Of a stretch of 64,000 bases of DNA, positions 35,546 to 46,683 are shown one piece after another. Each line of letters begins with the position of its first letter. Positions within the stretch are counted from its first letter, which is position 1. A model generated the notes under the pieces. That model worked only from the letters and a program-made list of their open reading frames with translations. It did not search any database and was not told the DNA's origin. Where the stretch lies: positions 76,198,001-76,262,000 of the forward strand of contig NC_042998.1 in the NCBI RefSeq assembly GCF_006345805.1. Reading direction: 5' to 3'. This stretch comes from Octopus sinensis. Lineage: Eukaryota. The translations under genes and the position numbers were made by a program.

Positions 35546-37751
35546 TTTGTTTCAAAAGGGTCCTTTGTTATTTTCATAGTGTATTCTTTCTTTTCCACAA
35601 TGACATAATAAAAGTAGTACTCAGCAAACATTTTAAGGCAGTATGTATGAAAGGCACACAAACACACACACTGAGTTTATTGAAACTAAAATTTCATCTT
35701 GACTTGAATTTCATGTTACTGTGATGTTCAAATGAGAAATCAGATCAAAGTGGCATGAATCTCTAGTCACAAGATAAAAACTCAGTTTTAATTAACTAAT
35801 ATACTCTAGAACGTGTATTGAGCATTCTTACTGCCGCCCATTCAATCAGCAAATGAAGCTGAAATTTGGATTAGTGCACATCTGGGTGGACATAAACAGG
35901 AGTGTGTGCTGGGTGGGTTAATAAATTATACCAAGTTTTTGTATAGCGTTAACTGATCGTGTGTGGGCATAACATACGCCTTATATATAACTTATACTCA
36001 GAGTAAACAGGTTATTCATCAAGCAAAAGAGCTTAGCTAAGCCTATAACTTACTGAAGTTCATTTATTATAGAGTGGGAAAACAAGTTGTTCCTTTTAAT
36101 ATCTTGTTTCCTCTTCAACATCACCTATGTGATAAACTATACCAAACAATATGCATACATAAACAATAAAAATTAAAAGCCAGAAAATATTGAATTCCCC
36201 AACAGCAATCAAACTACACATTTGTGACCAATACATTAAATATTTCCTGCAGAATGTTCGCGATTTTTTTTTATCAAATTAAATGCAGAAAGGTGTCACC
36301 TATTGAACTAAACTTCGAACAGATTTCGCTCATAAGAAATATTGGCATCAAACAGTTCATATATGATCTCCTCTTAACAAAAAGTAACGCCAATGCAACC
36401 ATTTTTGCAACAGAGAAAATAAGTTTCAGCACTGACTCATAAAATACGCAGACGATAATTTGATCTTTGGTTTTCGGAATTTTTTTTTTTTTTACAAATT
36501 AATGTTTCAATTTAAAATATAAACTTGGGCTTCATATTAAACACAATTTCATATAGATGAAATAGATTTTCTAAATGAAACAGGCTATTTAAAAGCTTTC
36601 CCCTGCGAGACACTAATCTATCAATTGCCTTCCTGTGTATCGATCGAGTGAATGATGTGGTTTAGTGCAGTGTCCATGCAAAATCAAATACATTACCTGT
36701 TGTAATACGTAAATTGAAAGAGTGTTTGCTCTTTCTAACTTATTTCCATCGTAGTTGTTCACTTATGTAAATTATAAATGAAAAGGACGTGAAAGTGATG
36801 GGGGCGAATTTCCACGGTCTAAGCTTGATATTAATGTGGACTATCTTGAGACAGCCGAATATAACTGGCAACAGTTTATAAATCGTTAGGCTTCATGCAA
36901 CCACTCCATTCTCGACCTCCGACTCTGTCACGTTACTCTTAAACGCCTACACTTACAGATAGGTATTTATGGAAACTTAAATTCCACTCGACAAATCTAT
37001 GGAATGGTATGTTTTGGAATTAGTAAAAAATTTTTAACAAAATTATATTTACCATGATCAAATGCACGAAAATACGTTTATACGCCTGGTAGAAGATATA
37101 ATTACACAATATATTCTAGCATTAAATAAGACTGTAATTATCGGTACACTCTAATTATGTAGAGATGCACTTTGTTCAAGTGACAGGCTTCAGGCTATTT
37201 GGGTAGGAAACACCACAACTGGCATATATATTAGAAATCTGTAGCTCTATCTTATTGTGTCAATGTAATATAATGTAACTCGGCATCTAAACAACATCTG
37301 TAGATTCTATTTATTTTAAAGAATGTTACTGCAAAAAATATAAATACTTAAATGTCATAACACAAAATAAACAACAATAACAGAAGGGAAGATGACAGCA
37401 AAATAAGCATCATGTACTTACAAAAATGTAAACAGTTGAGGTGATTAAGAAAACAGACGATATGTTATTTCATAACTAAAGCCACCCACAACTGTCAATT
37501 ATCAGAAGTATCAAGTATTTCTGCCGGTGACCAACGACAATTTGCTATCCTGCTTTAGAATTCCGAGTAACAACGCGTCATTCAGAGCATGCATATAAAA
37601 TATGAGAAAGTGATTTCTGACAAACAGAAGATCAATAATTCTCAAAGTAAACAATAAATATACGTTTCTTACATTAGCATAAAATCTGAAAATAATGACG
37701 TTCATTATTTTCCTCAAATCATTAATAACGTAAATTAAGTGAAATACTTAC

Positions 37752-37850
37752 CCAAGAATAGAAACCGATTTCTAAAGAAACCTGTTGATCTGCAGTTCGA
37801 ATATTTTTTTTAGTTTGCTTGCTGCAATTTTGTCAATTTACCGTATTTTG
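37752..37850 (-). promoter_or_regulatory. Putative non-coding first exon / promoter-proximal region of SMCR8
   Basis: Strong minus-strand donor TGG|gtaagt at 37751 in a zone with visibly more CpG; coding exon 1 has a splice acceptor, so an upstream UTR exon is required. The 5' boundary is a guess. Confidence 0.4.
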
Positions 37851-39332
37851 AGTAAGGTCATAAAAATAATTTTGCTACACAAAATTAATTAATTTTGTCG
37901 TTATTATAACATATGGACACATATATATTTTCTTTTAATAATCATTTCTCTAATCTTTAATTTATATGGACGTCGGTGTGTAGCAGTTAATGGTTCCAAT
38001 TGTAAACTTCAGATACTTAACAGCAATAGTCTCAATATTCGTCTCAGTGGCAGACTACATGCATCTCTTCTCTGAAAATCTCCTTCATAACTCGCCTCCA
38101 TCAATATGGTGTTCTCTTAGAACTCATCTTTCTATGATGACAAAGCTTAAACAATAACTTGAAGCATCAAGGTTATTGAGTATCTTCAAGCTTCTTCTTC
38201 TTCTTCATCATCATCATCGTCATCATCATCATCATCATCATTATCATTATTATTATTATTATTCCAAGTTTACCATATTAGAGCTAGTCCATCTTTTAGA
38301 TTCTCACAGTCCCTGCAACATTCTAATTTATGAGAAACTCGAAAGTTTGATCTATATTAAACTCACTTCTGGATTCCTTGCTCAAGTTCTATAGCTCAAA
38401 TAATTTGGGGATCTGGATTTACATGTTTTCTGTTCTCTCTCTCTGGTACTTACCCCCCCCCCCCCCGCACTGCCTTTCTTCTCCTCGAGCTTGCTTCTTT
38501 ATGATGGACAACTTTCATTCCTTTCCAATGCAGGCTACTTCAAATAGAGAAATGAAGCTCTATAACTGTGGAGGTGGTAATGGTGGAGAAGGACTTGGAT
38601 TGTTAGTTCTAGAGCAGGGCAGGCCCACTGCTAGACTTTGGTGCCTGGGAGTGCTTCAGAATATTCTGGATGAGCACTAATTTGTAATAATGCTAAAGTT
38701 TTGAAATAAATGCATCACTGTAAATCTGAGGGTGTACCATTGAATAGTGAGGAGACATTGCTGTCCAGTGCACCACCTTAGAGATGAGCATGGAGCAGGT
38801 TAAATCAACTCAAAGAGTTTGGGAAAATTTACATTTAAATTATATTTTTGGCTTACTTTTTGATCAAGCTGATCAATTTTCAATGTGACATTTAAATTCC
38901 ATGATTGCCAAATTTTCCAGAGATCAGGTTGGCAAGATTGATGTGTAGGTGTAGAAAATATAGATGTTAGAGACTAGTTAGAACACGAGTAGAAAATTCT
39001 CTCTTTATTAGTTCCTTGCTCTGGCTGAATTTTATAGAAAAGAGAGAAAAGAGATAGCTTCCATTTCTGTTTATATAGCTAATGTATGGCTTATAGGTAC
39101 TGTTCCCTCATTGGTCTGTTAGAACCCAGTGCAAATAATGAACAAATAAAACATCACCTAGATGCATGAAGTTCATTACAAATGTAACCATGAGTATGAT
39201 TTTATTAATAGCTTTATGGGCAACAGGTGCAGCCTACCCATTTATTGACCTGATTTCATAATTCAGAAATTATGGTGCTAATCTAAATCTTTGCTCTACC
39301 TTATCATCAGTTCTGATTAAATAGATACGTTA

Positions 39333-39475
39333 ACTGTGTGGTTAGGGAGCTTGCTTCCTAGCCACATGGTTTCGAGTTCAGTCCCACTGTGTGGCACTTT
39401 GGGCAGGTGTCTTCTACTATAGCCCCGAGCTGACCGAAGCTTTGTGATTGAATTCGGTAGGCGGAAGTTACTGCC
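39333..39475 (+). mobile_element. tRNA-derived SINE (ggcatggctgtgtggt..ggttcagtcccactg family) followed by (GT)n
   Basis: gagttcagtcccactgtgtggcactttgggcaggtgtcttctactatagcc; other copies near 6737(-), 18465(-), 45655, 52330, 54850(-), 56160(-), 56860 and 58605. Confidence 0.85.
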
Positions 39476-40029
39476 GTGTGTGTGTGTGTGTGTGTGTAGG
39501 TGTTCAGTGCCTCTCCGAAAGAGAGAGAGGGATAATAGTCTGTAGAATGACTGGAGGTATGCTACAAAGTCATTAATCCAGGTATACCATTCAAACATTC
39601 AAATAGCATGGATTTTAAGATACAAATACCACAGGAATTTATTATTTACAAATGGACAGTGTGGTGCAAAACTGTTCCCTTTATGTGTGTAGTGATTGTG
39701 TCTTTGTGTAATTGGCAGAAACTAGGATTGTCCTGTTCTCATTGAAAAATGTTTCTGAGATATCTATTTATGGAAGCAGTGAGAATCTATCATGTATGCT
39801 TAGGTTATTCTTGTATGTCTCGTCTAAGATTTTTTTTATATCAAGAGCAACAGCATTGCTTTTGCCGCCCCCCCACCAAAAAAAAAAAAAAGACACCACT
39901 GATGTAGGACATAGACAATCAAATCTCTCTTTTAAAACCATGCTAGTTGTCCCTAAAAGAATTGAGCATTGAAGAAATTCTTACAATCATCTCTATTACT
40001 CTTGAGATATTAGGAATGAGAACAATTGG

Positions 40030-40600
40030 CTAGTAGTCAGCAGGGTTAGAAAAGTTTCTCTTCTTGAGGTCAAGATAGATCTCTGAGCTGGTGCTGAACC
40101 ATACTTTGAGATTATTAGATGTGACACAACCAGATACATTGTCTTCTTTTGTGGGAGTAACCTGAGGAAGGTTTAGAAAGTAGCTTGTTGCTGTTGCTGG
40201 TGGTGTGTATGTAGACTTGGAAGTAAACTGAACAGCAAATGTGAAGGCTTTATCAGCAGGTGCATTATTCACAGACCAATCCTAGTTGAGAAATGGCAGG
40301 TAAAAAGATTCTGTGAAATTAGTAGTAATCCGCTTGGGAAGGGACCAGAAGTCTTAAATGAGAAAGAATCTGAAAGCCATGTCGCACAAATCTGTCTTTT
40401 GCTAGCTTCTGGGCCATCATTTGATAAATCCAAAAGGTGATGATGAATACATGTTGATGCTATTGTATCTGGACAGGTGAATAACTGTCATGTCATTGGA
40501 CCAAAAGGTGAGGATGCAGGCACATCTGTTGATGCCAGCCAGCCTGATGTTAGAAAGCTGTTGACAAAATTAAGTTGCCTATTTCTGGATCTAATTTTGA
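40030..40600 (-). mobile_element. Degenerate CR1/L2-type LINE fragment (endonuclease-RT linker)
   Basis: Minus strand DFWSLPKRITTNFTESFYLPFLN*DWSVNNAPADKAFTFAVQFTSKST resembles the recalled FWSLAKNISNNF...FPPL...EKA.LF...FSSNST linker. Confidence 0.65.
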
Positions 40601-41649
40601 ATTAATGGGTACTATAAATATGACAACCTAAAGTATTCACTACAAATAGAAAGACAGTAAAACACAGGAACATAGAAAATACACTCAAAACTAAAGCAGA
40701 TGGTGTACATCCTCTATAAACCAAAACAAGTTTTGGAATAAGTCGGTTCATGATAAAATAAAATGACTAATTTTTGTATGTGTGTTGTATTGTTCGTAGA
40801 TTCCACACTTCATACCGAAATGTCTAACAAATTTAGGAAAATCCTTCAGGAAGTTAATTTCATATAAGTTGTAAACAAAGGAGACAGTAAACCAGTATCT
40901 CTATCAAATCTGTCAACTTTGCAAGAATGAGCTAACAAAAGATGCTTTTATATGGTAGCTCAACCTGCTAGAAATGGGAGCCAGGTGTCACCCACTGTCT
41001 TAAAAAAAAACATTGTCCAGGATACAATCATAGAAACTCTGTGTGAATAAGGATGGAATGTCTTTGATAATAGTTTTACTCAATTAGACCTGACTGGTGG
41101 CTGAACAACATTAGCGAAGTATATTTGGAAGAAATTATGAAAGTTGTGAAAGAAACACCCATGTCAGCTGTAAGAAAAAAAATTAATAGTGCATAAAATG
41201 TCAGGATCATGTGTAAACTTAACTTAATTTAGTAATTGGGAGATAGTTCAGAATATAGGAGAAAATTTCAAAGACTATAGAACAATTGTTGAATAGAAAT
41301 GTCTGTGTATATTCTATCTAGATGCTCTGAACAAGCATGGTTGGGTGAAAAATCTTTTGCTGCTATTAATATATGGAAGTGAAAAACCTGACCATAACTG
41401 CATCCTACGAAAGGTACAGTGATACACTTACATAACTATTTTATTTTAATGCATTTTAAAGTACTAGCTTAATAGTTTTTAACCTTTGCAACATAGAGCT
41501 AAAATAAAAAAGGACAACTTTTACCAGCAGCTCAGATACCCAGCCTTTTCACAACCAAAACTTTCTTCTAATACAGCCAAACCTTCTACCTGTTTATATG
41601 CTCTTTCTTCTGTATACTTTGTTATACACCACCACCACCACCCACATAC

Positions 41650-42930
41650 ATAGTTTAATTAGGTTGGTCCAGTGGTCTGCAAGGCATGTAGCTATTTTCT
41701 TCAGACATATCAGACTCGGCCGAAGAAGAAACAACTATACTCTGAAAAAACTCTAGAGCTACAGGTCCTTAAACTATATATAAACTGCCTTCTAGCAGCA
41801 ATCCTCTCCTATCAAGTTTTGACTAGTCACCAGCAACTTCATATAGCCATCTGAATTGAGTCTAAGGCCCTCTTCAAAGATGTGAGGATGAATTCTGGTG
41901 AGTAGGTGCAGTTAGAATGCCTGCTAGCCATGGCTTCATCGTCTCCATTGCAGCTGTTGATGTCACATCTTACAGCCTTTACAGTGTCCACAGAGCACTG
42001 AGCAGCAGTCATGACGTGGCCATTTTGATACCACAGTCTCCAGAAGCTTCACGTAATCATCTGAATTAAGCCTAAGACCCTCTTCGAAATTGTGGGAATG
42101 AATCCCAGCATGCAGATGCAGTCAAAATGCCTGCTGTGTTCCTTCCTGTTGGCCATGGCTCCATAGTTTCCATTGCAGCTGTTCATATCATGTCTTACAA
42201 GCATTACAGTGTTGACAGAACATTGAATAGTAATCATGATTTTGGAATTTTGACACCTGGTGTAAATCATCATGATATAGGTAACTCTTTTCCAATATTC
42301 AGATGGTTTCCAGTTGCTGTAAACTTAATGTGCATCACTCTGAGGATACCAGGATTTGCACATAATTATGCCATTTGTCTTGTTAGACTTTTCATTTTAG
42401 AGTTTTTCTCTTCAGAAAAGAACCAAAGTATACTACGTTCATGATGGTTTTTAACCTTGGTAATTAGCTGTTTGGCATGGACCCTGTGTCTTTGCAGATA
42501 TGAATTGGCTTCTCCACATTACATACAACTTACATTGAATGTTCTCATGTGCTACAGTTCTGATAGTTCACCCTGACAGCTGAAGTTATTTAGCAATGGT
42601 CCACATTGATTTTCAGGGATCACCATAGATAATATTTTGAACCCATTGGATGAACTGCAGTACCCTTGTATCTGAAAGTTTAAAAATGTTTCTTTTTTCT
42701 TTGACAGTTAAAACATTCCCGCCAGAGTATTCCATCTGATTTATGTACAAAAGCTCTCCCAGGTTTTAGAAAGTTGACAATTTGTAAATTGTCGTATTCA
42801 ACACATATGGCAACAATGAGTGCATATCTTTTCATTTCTTGTGGTAGCATTTTATTTGTTATTGGGGATCTGAAAGAAATAAAAACCTCTTAAGTGGTAA
42901 ATATCCTCAAAACCTTTTGAACCCTGTGTG
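41650..42930 (-). mobile_element. Tc1/mariner (maT/DD37D-like) transposase remnant with internal duplication
   Basis: Minus-strand motifs VAHENIQCKLYVMWRSQFISAKT, LWFFSEEKN, VMHIKFTAT, PHIFEEGLRLNSDGYMKLL and ERIAAR; a cagggt-like TIR start near 42925. Confidence 0.75.
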
Positions 42931-43277
42931 TGTTTGTAAGCATAAAACTCATCAATAAACTTGTAGAATGTTATATTCATGTTAATTTTGTTAATATTTA
43001 CTCCAATGAGTCTATTTGTAAATTCATTTTGGTTGCATTATTTTTTTAAATGTTGAAATCGGAGTCTTGTGCTATGCTCTAATTATAATGGTTGCTGTAG
43101 CCTGTATCAGATATATTGATTTAGTTACCAGTATGGAATGTAAATAAAACTGTTGTTAAATTATATTCAGCAGTTTTGTTTATTATATACTGAAATTATA
43201 ATTCTTCAGTGTTCTTTCGATATAGCCCTCAGAACTGTCAAAATCCGATGATATGAGACCATATGATTGTTCGTTCA

Positions 43278-43648
43278 TTTCCGTAAATTTTTAAAAATTT
43301 ATTTATTTTTGTTTTAAAATGAAAGAGGAGAAAGTGAAAGATGTGTACGTGTGTGTGAGAGAGAGAGAGAGAAAGGTGCGTGTTGTCATGTATACATACA
43401 TACATATGCATTCATCTTTTTTGTGTGTGAGTGAGAGGGAGAGAGAAAGTGAGTGCCACTTAGGCATCACTCTCTCACACACACACACTTAGGCATCACT
43501 CTCTCACACACACACATACAAAAAAGATGTATTTATGTATGTACGTACACATGACAACACACCTCTTCATTCACTCTCACACATCTTTCACCTTCTCCTC
43601 TCTTTCAGTTTAAAACAAAAGTATATAAATAAAATGTTTTTACGGAAA
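43278..43648. repeat. ~370-bp imperfect foldback (MITE-like palindrome)
   Basis: tttccgtaaa...tttacggaaa termini; collinear inverted arms; central 29-bp tandem duplication. Confidence 0.85.
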
Positions 43649-45338
43649 TTAACTAAAAACAATGACAGCCCTGCAAGTCAAAACGAAAAGATAGGAATAA
43701 TCTAACATTATATGTAGTATTGAAAACAATATAGGTGGAGGAGACAATGAGTAATATTTACTACATTTTTTGACTTTGAGAAGAAATGGATTTTCTATAA
43801 GTGCTCACTACTTTGCAAAAACTATGATTCAAGCAATGACCTTCTCTAAATGAATTAAAAACACTAGGCGAAAGTAAGGAATACGTACACCGGGTGTTTA
43901 GGGTTAGGATTTTTGTTACGCCGAAAATGGGTGGTGTACGTATTCTTTACCTCTGCCAAATACTGTAACATATTCAGAACACTTTTTCAGAAAATTATCT
44001 CCGTTCTTTTTGAGCATGTAAAAGACAAATTTAGCCGGGGCAAAATGAGTAAAACAAGATAGGGTAAATTTGCCGCTTCAGTATTACATTTAGAAAAAAA
44101 GACTCAAGATTAAAAATGCAACAAAAATTTAAAACATCTAGATCAATTGGAAGGAGCTCATGGAAAAATAGTAAACGGTATGAAATTAACGAAATTTGAC
44201 CAAATCTAAAAACTCAGCATAAAATATTCTTCTTCACGATCTGCTTGAGTGGCTCTCTTCCTGATATATTTATGCATCATGCAGTTAAAGAAATTGAAAT
44301 TAGCCATTACTCATTTTGCCCCATTCTAGACATCATCTTTTTGAATTTGAAAATTATTTAATTAGACATTTGTGTGGCGGAAAATTGACAGAGAAAAGAA
44401 CTTTGATTGTTAAACATCAAATGTTATCCCTATATTTTATTAGTAACCTCAATTACAATCGGGTCAAAATTGAAGAAAAATTTCTTTAGAAAGATACCTG
44501 TCACTTGACTATATTTCAAACGCTTATTTTCAACAACTATGCTGACCAATTTTTACTCCCAAAGATAAAGCAATAGTTTAAATTAATGATGCAATATACT
44601 AGCAAATGTAATGGTTTGAAATAAGTAGGGCGAAAATAAAAAGAAATCAGAAATTGCACTGCTATGTTGAACAGCAAACCATTAAAATTGTATTGTCAGA
44701 TTTCCATGTTACAAACTTTTAGTAGAAAGTAGTATACATAATCATGACATGGTGTATTATAGTCATAAAGGTTTAAATAAGACCAGTGTATGGTTTAGAG
44801 AATGCTGTGACAGAAAAATATTTTAATGCTTTTTGTAGAAGGTGTCATTTCACTATTTTAAGAAAGTGCGACTACAGTATCTATAACCAATCTTAATTGA
44901 ATACTTTAACAAGTAGCTAAACAAAATTTGGTTGAATGCGTATGGTAGACTCGATGAGAAGAATAGTGACATATTGAAATTATTATATCTAATAAAATCA
45001 AAGGGATAGTGAGTAACTGAGTCCTGTATATACCATCAATTAAAACACTTAAATTTCATTGCTAAAACAGCTGGGAAAAATAATAAAAGACCGCAGTAAA
45101 CAATTTCATCCACATCGAAATAAGTTATACAGAAATCAATTCGCACTAAAGACGTAAACACACAATTCGTTGTTAAACTTAATATACTAAAATAGTTAAC
45201 TTTTAAAAAAATGAGACTACTATGAGAGAGCTATGTGTATACTTAATTTATTTTTTACTTATATAGTAAGAGTTTATTATTTTATAAAAATACTCGCTAT
45301 ATAAATATAAACAAAGTTTTACGACTACGAATTTACTG

Positions 45339-45401
45339 ATGGCATCTGCAAAGTCGTGTTTCTGTGTAGAAAGTAAAATGTCTAACGTTAGTTCAGCTGG
45401 G
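45339..45401 (+). CDS. CCDC174: CCDC174 exon 1 (MASAKSCFCVESK-MSNVSSAG)
   Basis: In-frame ATGs at 45339 and 45378; donor GGG|gtatgt; NVSSAG-LIELK aligns to recalled DVTASS-LVDLK. Confidence 0.75.
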
Positions 45402-46294
45402 GTATGTAATTGAATATTTCACTAAATATTGCACATGAAATGATTATGACACCAGAGTTTAATATTTTTTTTTCAATTTTACCTCGTGTGTATTTTCATA
45501 ATTGTATAAAACGAAAAATAAGTGAACAATGTTACACAATAAAACTAATATAATAGTAACCAGTAGGAGGAAACAATTCTAAAGGAATGCAGCTCTTAGG
45601 AAGAAGGAATGGATAAATGCAGAGTATGATGATAAACTAGCAGTTCTGGGAGGGTGCAGATATTAAGAAGTTTGCTTTACAACGACATGCTTTTAGGTTC
45701 AATCCTACTACGCAGCACCTTCAGCAAGTGTCTTCTATAATAACTTCGGGTGAACAGAAGCCTTGAAAATTGAAGTTGATAGACATAATCTTTTACTCAG
45801 TTAAATGCCACCATCTGGTACCTTCGGTATATGGTCTCCCTCTGTTCCTCCCGAAAGACTCGGAAAATATTTTTAAAAAAAGACCATAGATACTGCTTGT
45901 TCCTCCTTTGGTGAAATCATGGGAGAAAGAAAAAGAGTTTCAATAGGCATTGGCATGGCAGTGTGGTTTGCGATCAGACGGTTTCGGGTTCAGTTTCACT
46001 GCACGGTACCTTGGGCAAGTAACCCCGGATCGACCAATGCCTTAGTGAATTTTGTAGACGGAAACTGTGTGGAAGCCCGTTGTGTGTGTGCGTATACATA
46101 TATATATATATACAATATTAGATATGTACATATATATACAAGGGTAGTACATGAGTACCTATATCGCTAATTTACTCATGTAGTACCCTTGTGTGTATAT
46201 GTACATATCTAATATTGTATGTATATATTTTATTAATTTGCCTGTACGGCTGATAATTCGCCTACCACTTGTGATGGTATTTTAATAATACCAT

Positions 46295-46363
<69 letters not shown>

Positions 46364-46602
46364 GGTGAATTGAAGAAATGGAGCTGAACGCAGATTGAAC
46401 AGAAATCGTTTTATTTCATTCGTTCAGCTCCATTTCTTCAATTCACCAATAATGTTTTAATTTCAATTATCCGCACCAACGCACGGTTGCAACGCCAGAT
46501 GGTTGTACCTCCAACCGTGCTGTTTACTGCTGTGATTTTTGCTACTAAGGTATCGGTTAAACTTTTGATTAATCTACTACAAGATTATTCATCTTTCTAT
46601 TT

Positions 46603-46683
<81 letters not shown>

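Noticed and set aside
40030-40272. 80-aa minus-strand ORF with an acceptor-like upstream sequence, as an exon of a third gene
   Set aside because: Upstream broken frames continue as a LINE endonuclease-RT linker; no other exons found.
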